Source: an uncultured Gaiellaceae bacterium (GTDB lineage: Bacteria; Actinomycetota; Thermoleophilia; Gaiellales; Gaiellaceae). From it: 64,000 bases of DNA. Under the pieces are notes generated by a model. The model was given only the letters and a program-made list of their open reading frames with translations, did not search any database and had not been told where the DNA came from. The stretch spans positions 18,664 to 82,663 of the forward strand of contig CAVUTL010000001.1 of NCBI GenBank assembly GCA_963744505.1. The letters run 5' to 3'. Positions 26,034-35,672 of this stretch are shown piece by piece. A program made the position numbers and the translations under genes. Each line of letters begins with the position of its first letter. Position 1 is the stretch's first letter.

Positions 26034-26665
26034 CGGCCTCGTAACAGGCTGCCTGGAAGGAGCGGCGATGCAGCTCCGAAGGCCCGAACGAGCGCACGGC
26101 CTCGTTGTGGGCTGGCGTGATGTAGCCCGACGTGCGAGACGAAGCCGTAGTTCGGATAGAGCGCGTCGAGACGGCGCATCACCCGATCGCGCACGACCTT
26201 CGCGACGATCGACGCAGCGGCGATTGCTGCGCTGCGCGCGTCTCCGTCGACGATCGCGCGATGCGGTGGCGCCGACGGCCCGAGGCGGAAGCCGTCGACG
26301 AGACAGGCATCGGCCTGCGGGTGCAGGTCAGCGAGAACGGCCCGCAGGCCGGCCAGATTCGAGCGGTGCAGGCCGTTCCGGTCGATTGCGCCGACGGGGA
26401 CGATCCGCACGCTGATCGCCGATGCGCACGCGCCGACGGCCTCGAAGAGAAGCTCGCGCTCCTCGACCGGTACCTGCTTCGAGTCGTTCAGCGCCGCAAG
26501 CGGTCGCACCCGTGAGCCTCGCAGCGCCGCGTAGTCGAGGAGGACGCCGGCGACGACGAGCGGCCCCGCAAGCGATCCGCGACCCGCCTCGTCAGCACCA
26601 GCGACGAAGCGCACGCCGAGCTTCCGATCGAATCCGAGGAGGCGCTGGCCGCTGGATCGAGCCAC
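26030..26665 (-). CDS. rnhB: Ribonuclease HII, with a frame break at CCC 26126-26128
   Basis: VAGADEAGRGSLAGPLV...DSKQ...IVAKVVRD...YPNYGFVSHVG, then after removing one G: YITPAHNEAVRSFGPSELHRRSFQAACYEAVEAA-stop at 26030. Confidence 0.9.
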
Positions 26666-26682
26666 GCGGCCGAGAGTACTAG

Positions 26683-27033
26683 CTAGCTCTGCCGGAGCTC
26701 GCGGACGCGCGCCTTCTTCCCCACTCTCTTGCGCAAGTAGTAGAGCTTTGCGCGGCGCACGTCACCGATCGCGACGACTTCGAGCTTCTCGATCTTCGGG
26801 GAGTGGAGCGGGAACGTGCGCTCGACGCCTACGCCGAACGACTGCTTGCGGACGGTGAACGTCTCACGAAACCCGGAGCCCTGGCGCTTGATGCAGATTC
26901 CCTCGAACACCTGGATCCGCTGGCGGCTGCCCTCGATGACCTTGAAGTGCACGCGCAGCGTGTCCCCCGCCTTGAACTGCGGCAGGTCCGTGCGCATGTG
27001 GCGCTGCTCGAGGCTCTCGATCGTCGTGTTCAT
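26683..27033 (-). CDS. rplS: 50S ribosomal protein L19
   Basis: [45 protein letters not shown]...[10 protein letters not shown]. The ATG at 27033 lies inside track ORF 26683..27126. Confidence 0.95.
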   Translation of the reverse strand: MNTTIESLEQRHMRTDLPQFKAGDTLRVHFKVIEGSRQRIQVFEGICIKRQGSGFRETFTVRKQSFGVGVERTFPLHSPKIEKLEVVAIGDVRRAKLYYLRKRVGKKARVRELRQS

Positions 27034-27141
27034 AGGAGAGGACGGCCTGAATGGCCGGCCGGCATCGTACCAGCCTTGCGCGCGAGCGGAATCTGCCAGC
27101 GCGGTTTCCGCTCGCGTGAGAAGCAAGGCCGCTCGTCGAAC

Positions 27142-27903
27142 TCAGCGGAAGGAAATTCGTAGAGGTGGCCAATAGGTCATGAAGACCTTGCCGATGAGGT
27201 TCTGCTCGGGCACGGAGCCCCATACGCGAGAGTCGCACGACTGCGAGCGGTTGTCGCCCATGACGAAGTAGTGGCCATTCGGCACACGGTACGACTCCGC
27301 AGGCCCGATGTCGCGGCGGTCGTTCTCGATGTACGGCTCCTCGAGACGCTTGCCGTCGATGTAGACGAACGCCGCGCCGCGCCTGAGCCTGATCGCGACT
27401 CGCTCGCCCGGCAGCCCGACGATGCGCTTCACGAACGTGCCTCCCGCTCCGCACTTCGCCTTCGCCGACGGCGGCGTCTCGAAGACGATGACGTCGCCGC
27501 GCTGCGGGTCACGGAAGTGGTAGACGAAGCGATTCGCGAGCACGCGATCGGAGAAGCGCGACTCGCAGCCGGGTGCAGGACGCGCACAGTGCAGCGTCGA
27601 CTCCATCGACGACGACGGGATCCGGTACGGGTTCACGACCCACGCCTTGATCGCGAGGACGATGGCGATCGCGCCGACGATCGTGACGACCCAGTCGACG
27701 GCGATCCGCAGCCGGCGTGGAAGCCGGCCGGTGACGCGATCGAGCGGGTGGTGGAACTCGTGCGGGTGAGCAGAAGGCTCGTCCGACGATGGAGGCGGCA
27801 TCGGCCACGAGAACGGCGGCGCCGGAGGCGGCGGCTGGTCGTAGTCGGTCGGCATCCGCCACTCGTCGCGCGTCTCGGCGAGGCGCTCTTCGGTATCGGT
27901 CAC
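27142..27903 (-). CDS. lepB: Signal peptidase I
   Basis: RIPSSSMESTL (Ser box), GDVIVFETP, GDNRSQSCDSRVWG. I prefer GTG 27903 (GTGA overlap with the trmD stop) to the track start 27933. Confidence 0.9.
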   Translation of the reverse strand: MTDTEERLAETRDEWRMPTDYDQPPPPAPPFSWPMPPPSSDEPSAHPHEFHHPLDRVTGRLPRRLRIAVDWVVTIVGAIAIVLAIKAWVVNPYRIPSSSMESTLHCARPAPGCESRFSDRVLANRFVYHFRDPQRGDVIVFETPPSAKAKCGAGGTFVKRIVGLPGERVAIRLRRGAAFVYIDGKRLEEPYIENDRRDIGPAESYRVPNGHYFVMGDNRSQSCDSRVWGSVPEQNLIGKVFMTYWPPLRISFR

Positions 27904-28550
27904 GTCACACTTCTCACGTGCTCGCGCCGCCACGCGTCGATGCGCCCGTGATCGCCCGAGAGCAGGATCTCCGGCACGGCCCAGCCGCGAAACTCCGCCG
28001 GTCGCGTGTAGTGCGGGTACTCGAGGCCGCCGTCGAGCGCGGCGGAGAAGCTCTCGACCTCACCCGATCCTACGGTCAGCGCGCCCGGAAGCCGGCGGGC
28101 GACGGCATCGACGACGGCGAGTGCGGGTATCTCCCCGCCGGACAGGACGTAGGGGCCGATCGAGACGACATCGGTGCACAGGTGTTCGAGGATCCGCTGG
28201 TCGAAGCCCTCGAAGCGGGCCGACAGCAGCGTGAGCGCGGGCTCCGCCGCGAGCTCCTCGACGAGCTTCTGGTCGAGCTGTGTGCCCTGCGGCGAGAGCG
28301 CGACGACGCGGTGTTCGGGAGCTCCCCCGTAGACCGCATCGAGGGCGGCCGCGACGACGTCCACCCGCAGCACCATGCCCGGCCCGCCGCCATACGGGTC
28401 GTCGTCGACCTGACCGGCGGTCAGCGGCGTCGAGTCCCGGTAGTTGAAGACCCGCAGCTCGAGCTCCTTGCCGAGAACAGCCGCGAGCGGACGTCGCTCG
28501 CGGATCCAGTCGAACGCGGCCGGAACGAGCGTGAAGACGTCGAGGCGCAC
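27900..28550 (-). CDS. trmD: tRNA (guanine37-N1)-methyltransferase
   Basis: 216 aa with DDPYGGGPGMVL, LSARFEGFDQR and SIGPYVLSGGE. Confidence 0.95.
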   Translation of the reverse strand: MRLDVFTLVPAAFDWIRERRPLAAVLGKELELRVFNYRDSTPLTAGQVDDDPYGGGPGMVLRVDVVAAALDAVYGGAPEHRVVALSPQGTQLDQKLVEELAAEPALTLLSARFEGFDQRILEHLCTDVVSIGPYVLSGGEIPALAVVDAVARRLPGALTVGSGEVESFSAALDGGLEYPHYTRPAEFRGWAVPEILLSGDHGRIDAWRREHVRSVT

Positions 28551-28568
28551 GACGCCGAACCGTAGCCG

Positions 28569-29042
28569 TCAGTCGGTGAAGCCGGGATTGAGAAGGATGC
28601 GGCGCCGCTTCAGGTCGACCTCGCTGATGCAGTCCTCAACGAGCGGGAGCAGCAACCCCGAGTCGAGCTCGAGCGCATCGTTCGCCGGTCCCGGGACCAC
28701 GTCGCGGACGACTCCCACCGACTTGCCGCGCTCGTCGAGGACCTCGAGACCCACGAGGTCTGCGACGTAGTAGGAGTCGACCGGCAAGCGGAGACGAGTC
28801 GCGCGAGGTACGGTCAGCTCTGCTCCGCGCGATGCCGGCACATCGAGCTTGATCGCTCGTCGTCGCCCACCGACCTGGCGCGAGACCATGACCTGCGCGG
28901 GCCTCCCGTCCACGAGGAGCTCGGCGCCGACGTCGAAGCGGCGCGCATCCTCGCTCGCCTGCTCGACGACGAACGCGCCGTCGACGCCGTGCGGTCGACC
29001 GACCCTGCCGATGACGACCTGCGGATCTGGCTCAGTCCGCAA
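28569..29042 (-). CDS. rimM: 16S rRNA processing protein RimM
   Basis: VVIGRVGRPHGVDGAFVV...YYVADLVGLEV. The start is tentatively TTG 29042; the track start 29084 would overlap the KH gene by 52 nt. Confidence 0.8.
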   Translation of the reverse strand: MRTEPDPQVVIGRVGRPHGVDGAFVVEQASEDARRFDVGAELLVDGRPAQVMVSRQVGGRRRAIKLDVPASRGAELTVPRATRLRLPVDSYYVADLVGLEVLDERGKSVGVVRDVVPGPANDALELDSGLLLPLVEDCISEVDLKRRRILLNPGFTD

Positions 29043-29271
29043 TCTCGAGCACGTAGCGCTCGTCCGCGCGAGCGCCGCCCGCACGGACCACGCTCCGGAG
29101 AGCGCGCGCGATCCGCCCCTGCTTTCCGATCACCTTCCCGACGTCGTCGGGCGCGACGAAGAGGTGGAAGACGATCGCATCCTCTCGCTCCTCGGTCTCG
29201 ACACGCACGGCATCGGGCTCGTCGACGAGCCGCCGCGCCAGCCACTCGAGAAGCTCGGCCACGGCGATCAA
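29032..29271 (-). CDS. KH-domain RNA-binding protein (YlqC-like)
   Basis: 79 aa with [23 protein letters not shown] (the GxxG KH motif). The TTG start overlaps the rpsP stop (TTGA). Confidence 0.85.
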   Translation of the reverse strand: MIAVAELLEWLARRLVDEPDAVRVETEEREDAIVFHLFVAPDDVGKVIGKQGRIARALRSVVRAGGARADERYVLEIAD

Positions 29272-29513
29272 CCTTCGATGCCGGCGGCCTTGATGAGGCG
29301 CGAGACCGGAGCCGTGGGCTGGGCGCCCTTCGCCATCCAGTCCTTGATCTTTCCTTCGTCGAGATCGATCGTCGACGGGTCCGTCTGCGGGTTGTACCGC
29401 CCGACGATCTCGATGAAACGGCCGTCGCGGGGAGAGCGCGAGTCGGCCACGACGACACGGTAGATCGGGTTCTTCTTCGACCCGACGCGCGTCAATCTGA
29501 TCTTCACTGCCAT
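29268..29513 (-). CDS. rpsP: 30S ribosomal protein S16
   Basis: [42 protein letters not shown]. Confidence 0.95.
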   Translation of the reverse strand: MAVKIRLTRVGSKKNPIYRVVVADSRSPRDGRFIEIVGRYNPQTDPSTIDLDEGKIKDWMAKGAQPTAPVSRLIKAAGIEG

Positions 29514-29559
29514 GTGCTGTATGTGCCTTTCTCGTTGGTGAGCAGGGAAGGGTAGATGA

Positions 29560-30885
29560 TCAGCGTCTGGCGCCCGGCAGGCCCGGTGGGAGCGTGGGCA
29601 TCTTGCCCTTCCCCATCTGCTTCATCATCTTCGCCATCTGCTTGCGGGCAGCCATGAGCTTGTTGACCTCGTCGAGCGAGGTGCCGCTGCCGGCCGCGAT
29701 CCGCCGACGCCGCTGCGTCGAGATCACGTGCGGCATGCGCCGCTCCTGCGGGGTCATCGACAGGACGATCGCCTCGACACGCGCGAGCTGGCGCTCGTCG
29801 AGATCGAGCCCCTGGAGCTGCTTGCCCATGCCGGGAATCATCTTGAGGACGCCCTGCAGCGGGCCCATCCGCCGGATCATCCGGTAGCTCGCGAGGAAGT
29901 CGTCGAACGTGAACTCGCCGGCTCGGATGCGCTTCTCCATCTCGGCCTGCTCGTCGAGCTCGACCGCGGCCTCGGCTTTCTCGATGAGCGTGAGGACGTC
30001 GCCCATGCCGAGGATCCGCGACGCCATGCGGTCGGGATGGAAGTACTCGAGCTGGTCGAGCTTCTCGCCGACCGAGACGAGCTTGACGGGACGACCGGTG
30101 ACCGCGCGCACGGAGAGCGCGGCGCCGCCGCGCGCGTCTCCGTCGAGCTTGGTGAGGACGACGCCGTCGAACGCGACCCGCTCCTGGAACGCGAGCGCGA
30201 CGTTCACCGCCTCCTGGCCCGTCATCGCGTCGAGCACCAGCAGCACGTTCGTCGGCTTCGTCTCGGCGGCGACGCGCTCGAGCTCCTCCATCAGGTCCTC
30301 GTCGACATGGAGCCGCCCGGCCGTGTCCAGGATGACGACGTCGAGAGCGTCCTTCCGAGCGGCCTCGACACCGAGCCGCGCCGCCGCGACCGGGTCACTC
30401 CGGTCGAGCGCGTAGACGGGGATCTGGATCTGCTTGCCGAGCTGCTCGAGCTGGTCGACGGCAGCGGGGCGCTGGAGGTCGCATGCGACGAGGCCCGGCC
30501 GCTTGCCGTCCTTTCGCAGAAGCAGCGCCAGCTTCGCAGCCGCCGTGGTCTTGCCCGAGCCCTGGAGGCCGGCGAGAAGGATCACCGTCGGCGGGCGCCC
30601 GAAGGCGAGGCGCGAGTCGCCGGACCCCATGAGCGCGGTCAGCTCCTCGTGGACGATCTTCACCACCTGCTGGCCGGGAGTCAGACTCTTGAGGACGTCC
30701 TGGCCGAGCGCGCGCTCCTTCACCGCCGCGGTGAAGTCCCGCGCCACCTCGAGGTTGACGTCGGCTTCGAGCAGCGCGAGACGGATCTCCCGCATCGCCT
30801 TCGAGATGGCCTCCTCGTCGAGGCGCCCGCCGCGGCCAAGCCCGCCCAGCGTCGCCTGAAGCTTGTCGGAAAGCGTGTCGAACAC
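29560..30885 (-). CDS. ffh: Signal recognition particle protein Ffh
   Basis: GTG 30885, then [13 protein letters not shown]..., [25 protein letters not shown], and a Met-rich M domain. This is the tail of ORF 29560..31341. Confidence 0.95.
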   Translation of the reverse strand: MFDTLSDKLQATLGGLGRGGRLDEEAISKAMREIRLALLEADVNLEVARDFTAAVKERALGQDVLKSLTPGQQVVKIVHEELTALMGSGDSRLAFGRPPTVILLAGLQGSGKTTAAAKLALLLRKDGKRPGLVACDLQRPAAVDQLEQLGKQIQIPVYALDRSDPVAAARLGVEAARKDALDVVILDTAGRLHVDEDLMEELERVAAETKPTNVLLVLDAMTGQEAVNVALAFQERVAFDGVVLTKLDGDARGGAALSVRAVTGRPVKLVSVGEKLDQLEYFHPDRMASRILGMGDVLTLIEKAEAAVELDEQAEMEKRIRAGEFTFDDFLASYRMIRRMGPLQGVLKMIPGMGKQLQGLDLDERQLARVEAIVLSMTPQERRMPHVISTQRRRRIAAGSGTSLDEVNKLMAARKQMAKMMKQMGKGKMPTLPPGLPGARR

Positions 30886-30922
30886 GGCCCGACAGTGTAC
30901 GGAGGCTCTTACACTCGTCCGC

Positions 30923-33626
30923 GTGGCAGACGAGCCCAGTCGCCGGCACGACCTCCCGGGAGGGACGGTGACCCTCCTCTTCGCCGACGTCGAGGGCTCG
31001 ACGCGGCTGCTCAGCCTCCTCGGCGAGCGGTTCGCACCTGCGCGGGCCCGCATGCGTGAGCTCGTCCGCGCAGCCGCAGCCCGACACGACGGCGCGGAGG
31101 TCGACTGGGCCGGCGACGGCGTCTTCCTGGCGTTCTCGCGCGCGCGTGACGGAATCGCAGCCGCCGCCGAGATCCACCGCTCGTTGGCCACCGAGCCGTC
31201 GCCGGACGAGGAGGCGCACCGCCTGCGGATCGGTGTCCATACGGGCGAGCCAGAGCTGGGCGACGAGGGGTACGTCGGGATGGACGTCGTGATCGCGGCG
31301 CGCGTCTGCGCGTCGGCACACGGCGAGCAGGTCGTCGTCACGCGCGCGACGCGGGACGTGGCCGGCGACGAGCCACTCCCGGGAGGGTCGTTCCGACCGC
31401 TGGGACGTCATCGACTCAAAGACGTCCCGTCCGCTGCAGAGCTCTTCCAGCTCCTCGCGCCCGATCTCCGCGAAGACTTCCCGCCGCTCAAGACGCTCTC
31501 GGCTACGAGTCTCCCTGCCCTGCACCATCGGCTCGTGGGTCGCGCCGACGCACTCGCCCGGGTCGAGAGCCTCCTCCAGACGCAGAGCACCAGGCTGGTC
31601 ACGATCACGGGGCCTGGAGGGGCGGGCAAGAGCCGTCTCGCGCTCGAAGTCGCGGCACGGGCCGCACTCGAGCGGCCCGTGCACCTGGTCGGGCTCGCGC
31701 CCGTAGCGGATCCCGAGCTCGTTCCCAGCGCGATCGCGCGAGCACTCGGGGTGCGCGAGACGAGCCAGCGCCCGCTGCTCGAAGCGATCGCGGACAGCCT
31801 GAACGGGTCCGGCGCGCTGCTCTTCCTCGACAACCTCGAGCACCTCGCGCCGAGCACAGCCCATGTCGCCGAGCTGCTCGATCGTGCGCCGGATCTCCAG
31901 GTCCTCGCCACGAGCCGAACGCCGCTTCGCCTATCCATCGAGCACGTCCTCCCGCTGGACCCGCTCACGATCGACGACGCGACGACGCTGTTCCTGGAGC
32001 TCGCCGCGGCACGAGGCGTGCTTCTCCAGGACGACGCGCTCGCCTCCGTCCACGAGATCTGTCGCCGGCTCGACGGCCTGCCGCTCGCGATCGAGCTCGT
32101 CGCGGCGCGGCTTGCCGTCCTCCCACCGGCGGAGATCCTGCGCGCCCTCGGCGAGGGCCTCGCGCTGGAGATGGAAGGTCCGGTCGATCTCCCCGAACGC
32201 CAGCGCACGCTGCGCGCAGCCATCGACTGGAGCTATCGGCGCCTGAGCTCGAGCCAGCGGGAGCTCCACGGCGCTCTCGCGATCTTCGCCGACAGCGGCG
32301 CACTCGACGACGCGCGAGCGATCTCGGGCGCCGGACGGGAGTTCCTCCACGACCTCGAAGCGCTCGTCGGGTGGAGCCTCGTCCGCAGTGAGTCCTCCGA
32401 CGGCGAGCTCCGCCTCTCGATGCTCGAGACCGTCCGCGAGCACGCCCTCGAGCACGTCACGCGGCGGGTACGCTCGACGAGCTTCGCCGGCGACATGCCG
32501 ATCGCTTCCTCGAGCTCGCGCTGGAGGCCGAGGGTGAGCTGACGGGCGGAGAGCTGGCGCGCTGGCTGGCTCGGCTCGGGCGCGAGTCCGACAACCTCAC
32601 AGCCGCGCTCGATTGGCTTCTCGCGAACGGACGCGCGGAGGACGCGCTCCGCGCGACCAACGCGCTCGAGCGCTACTGGCGGGCGGAGGCGCGTCTCACC
32701 GAGGCGAAGCGCTGGCTTTCCCTGGGCCTCGATCTCGCCGGTGACCTCCCTGTCGACCTGCGAGCGCACTCGCTGCGGAGCTCGGCCCACATGGCCATGG
32801 GTCAGAGCGACTGGGACGCCGCAGCGCCGCTGCTCCAGGAGGCCGTCACGCTCTTTCGCGAGAGCGGCCGGCAATCCGACGAGGTCGTCTCGCTGGGCTA
32901 CCTCAGCTTCGTCGCACTGAGACGCGACGATCCCGCGACGGCCGAGTCGCTCGCGCAGGAGGCACTGCAGATCGCGAAGCAGCTCGGCGACGACAGGACG
33001 ACCGTCTCTGCGCTGATGGCAGTCGCCGATGTCGACTGGGTTCGGGGCGACTACGACCAGGCGCTGGCGAGATACGACGAAGCCGTTGCGCTCAGCCGCG
33101 CTGCCGGCGACCAGCTGCTGGTGGCCGACGCCGTCTACCACTCGGGCATGGCGGCGTTTCAGGCCAACCGGGATCGACCGCGGGCAGCACGCCTTCGAGG
33201 AGGCGCTCCGACTCGCCGACGAGCTCCACGAGGTGCCGCACATGGCCGCGGCGCGATTCATGCTCGCCGAGCTCGCCGCCCTCGACGGCGATTCCGCACG
33301 AGCGCGCGAGCACGCACGAGCGGGCCTCGGTCACTACACGGAGCTCGAGGACGACCGCTCGCGGGCGCGTTGCCTCGTCGTACTCGCCGGCGCTGCGGCA
33401 GGCGAAGCGCAGCATGACCGAGCCGTCCGACTCATCGGGGCGGCCGAGGCGCTTCGGGGAGGCGAGCCTCCCGACTCGTTCGAGACAGCCGTCCTCGATC
33501 TGCACCGGACCGATCTCGAATCCGAACTCGGCCGGGCAACGCTTCTCCGAGCTCGAGTCAGAAGGCGCAGCACTCGCACGCGGGCCACTCCTCTCCGAGG
33601 TTGTCTCAGCGGGAACCGAGGAGTAG
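30923..33626 (+). CDS. Adenylate/guanylate cyclase - STAND (NB-ARC-like) ATPase - TPR regulator, with three frame breaks (about 32455, 33168 and 33540)
   Basis: TLLFADVEGSTRL...GDGVFLAF...IGVHTGE (cyclase), ITGPGGAGKSRLA (P-loop), and GLPLAIEL in ORF 30863..32542. TPR-like helices continue in ORFs 32791..33417, 33029..34102 and 33414..33626, ending at TAG 33624. The start GTG 30923 is tentative. Confidence 0.8.
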
Positions 33627-33659
33627 TGTCGCGCTGCCAACGGCTCGAGGAGGCTAGAG

Positions 33660-33873
33660 ATGGCGGAAGGCGAGGGCAGAACGCTCGAAGAGGCGTTCGA
33701 CGACTGTGCGGCCAAGAAGTCGGGCGAGGTGCTCAAGGGCTCTGCGCGAGGACATCTCGTTCCGGGACGGCCTGGAGCGCTTCGAGGCGTACCACGCCGT
33801 GGACATCGCGGTCAAGATTCGGCCGGCGAACCAGTGGGTCAAGGCCTACAAGGTCAAGGACCGCGATCGCTGA
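33660..33873 (+). CDS. Small hypothetical protein (about 70 aa), with a frame break near 33740
   Basis: MAEGEGRTLEEAFDDCAAKKSGEVLK, then in the next frame LREDISFRDGLERFEAYHAVDIAVKIRPANQWVKAYKVKDRDR-stop. SD GAGGAGG is upstream. The family is not recognised. Confidence 0.5.
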
Positions 33874-33879
33874 GGACGT

Positions 33880-34089
33880 TCAGTCGACCCTGCCGGGGGC
33901 GCGGCGGTCGCGACTCTCGTTCATCGCCTTGAACCCACCGAGCTCGGCGACGGTGACGTCGGCGACGACCGCGCCGAGCCCGAGTAGCGCCAGCAGGCGC
34001 CGCCGGAGCAGGATGCCGACCACGAGCAGGCCCCAACCGGCGAGGCCGACCGGGCCGAACGCGATCGCCGTCCTATTGTGCTCGGGCAC
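33880..34089 (-). CDS. Small hypothetical membrane protein (69 aa, two hydrophobic helices)
   Basis: Track ORF with IAFGPVGLAGWGLLVVGILL and LLALLGLGAVVADVTVA. There is no homology call. Confidence 0.4.
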   Translation of the reverse strand: MPEHNRTAIAFGPVGLAGWGLLVVGILLRRRLLALLGLGAVVADVTVAELGGFKAMNESRDRRAPGRVD

Positions 34090-34102
34090 GGCGCGACTCT
34101 AG

Positions 34103-34142
34103 TTCGTTCGCGGGCGCGACCAGGGTCGCGCCCGCGAACGAC
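34103..34142 (-). terminator. Long perfect GC hairpin after the ABM-like gene
   Basis: CGTTCGCGGGCGCGACC / GGTCGCGCCCGCGAACG, arms of about 17 bp, ending 3 nt before the stop at 34145. Confidence 0.6.
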
Positions 34143-34144
34143 GA

Positions 34145-34489
34145 TCAGTTCGCCCAGCTCGCGACCGCAGCCGGAAGGGAGACGGCGCCGATCCGATCGA
34201 TCATGTCTGCATCGGCGGCGTAGAGGTTGTGCAGCGGAACGATCCTGATCTCGGGCTCACCCGTGATCCCGAGCTCGCTCACGACAGGCAGCAGACGCTG
34301 CTCGAGGAAGCCGTTGAAGGCTTGCTCGGTCTGCCAGATCTCGCATACCTCGACACCCTCGTCGGTGACAGTCGCCATGTGCAGCACCGCGCCGGCAGGC
34401 GGGTTCGCGTCGAGGCCGAGCCTCGCCATGACGGCGTCGTACTGGTCGGATGTCAGGCCCGGCCAGTGCATGGTCATCGCGACAGCCAT
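34145..34489 (-). CDS. Small hypothetical protein (114 aa); ABM/dimeric alpha-beta-barrel fold is my tentative guess
   Basis: MAVAMTMHWPGLTSDQYDAVMARLGLD...VCEIWQTEQAFNGFLEQRL. SD AAGGAGGA lies before ATG 34489. Confidence 0.55.
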   Translation of the reverse strand: MAVAMTMHWPGLTSDQYDAVMARLGLDANPPAGAVLHMATVTDEGVEVCEIWQTEQAFNGFLEQRLLPVVSELGITGEPEIRIVPLHNLYAADADMIDRIGAVSLPAAVASWAN

Positions 34490-34587
34490 TCCCAGTCCTC
34501 CTTGCCGGTGTCGCTTCGGGTTCGGACTAAGCGTACGCGGGCGTGCGGTCGCATGCAACGAGGTGAAGCCCTCGATCGAGGGATTCG

Positions 34588-35455
34588 TCATCCGGCGATC
34601 AGCGCGCGAGCGTAGTCGCCGGCGTCGAACGGGCGCAGGTCGTCGACGCCCTCCCCCACACCGACGAGCTTCACCGGCAGTGCCAGCTCGACCGCGATCG
34701 CGATCGCCACGCCGCCGCGCGCGCTGCCGTCCAGCTTGGTGAGCGCGACGCCCGTGACACCCGCGCTGGCGCCGAAGAGCTTCGCCTGCTGCAGGCCGTT
34801 CTGACCCGTCGTCGCGTCGACGACGAGGAGCGTCTCGTGCGGGGCGCCTTCGATCCGCCCCTCGATGACGCGCCGCACCTTCTCGAGCTCGGCCATGAGA
34901 TTCGACTGCGTGTGCAGCCGGCCCGGCCGTGTCGACGATCGCCACGTCGCGTCCGCGGGCCCGCGCGGCCTCGACGGCGTCGAAGGCGACCGCGGCCGGG
35001 TCCGCCCCGCGCGGCGCGCCGACGAAGTCGGCGCCCGCGCGCTCCGCCCAGATCTCGAGCTGCTCCTCGGCGGCCGCGCGAAACGTGTCGGCGGCCCCGA
35101 CGAGCACCGAGCGCCCGTGCTCGTGCAGCTTGCGCGCGAGCTTGCCGATCGTCGTCGTCTTCCCCGTGCCGTTGACGCCGACGACGAGGATCACGCTGGG
35201 CTTGGCGGTCAGCTCGAGCGTCGGCGGCTCGCCGAAGAGCGCCTCGACCTCGCCGACGAGCGCGTCTTCGAGGTCCCCGGTGACTCCGCGCGCTTCGAGC
35301 CGCCGCACGAGCTCGGCTGTCGCGGGGACGCCGACGTCGCTCCGGATGAGCGCCTCCTCGAGTCGCTCCCACGCCTCGTCGTCGGACGAGTCGAACGCGG
35401 CCGACGCGAGCTCGGCGGTCAGTGCCTGGCGGCTCTTCGCGAGCGACTCGCGCAT
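34588..35455 (-). CDS. ftsY: SRP receptor FtsY (NG domain), with a frame break near 34929-34937; the N-terminal limit is uncertain
   Basis: VVGVNGTGKTTTIGKLA...GAADTFRAAA...VAIVDTAG, then after the break RLHTQSNLMAELEKV...GVALTKLDGSARGG (ORF 34588..34896). Upstream, ...TGFF in another frame followed by SRMRESLAKSR suggests a second indel and a longer N-terminus. Confidence 0.85.
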
Positions 35456-35523
35456 GCGCGACGAAGAAGCCCGTGCGCTCGGGCTCGTCCTCTCGGTGCA
35501 GCCTCGTCCCCGAGGAGCTCCGA

Positions 35524-35598
35524 CCAGGTCGCGGCTCACGGGGACAACCTCGGTTGTCCCGTGAGCGTGGAGGGGTGTGGGGAACCGGGAGGTTCCCC
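35524..35598 (+). repeat. Intercistronic multi-hairpin repeat, copy 2 (smc/ftsY spacer)
   Basis: CCAGGTCGCG-GCTCACGGGGACAACCTCGGTTGTCCCGTGAGC-GTGGAGGGGTGTGGGGAACCGGGAGGTTCCCC. It has the same 3' core as copies 1 and 3 and a different middle hairpin. Confidence 0.8.
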
Positions 35599-35672
35599 AC
35601 GTCTTCAAGAGGAAGGGGGCACGCGGGGAAACGTGGCTTCCCTCGCGACCGTTCGCCGAAGGCGAACGGTGC

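Noticed and set aside
35456-35608. An N-terminal extension of FtsY from TTG 35608 or GTG 35600, translated through the repeat element.
   Set aside because: The resulting peptides (MKTWGTSRFPTPLHAHG... or MGNLPVPHTPPRS...) look like read-through of a structured repeat, not an FtsY A-domain. I kept it only as an open question because a local indel obscures the real N-terminus.
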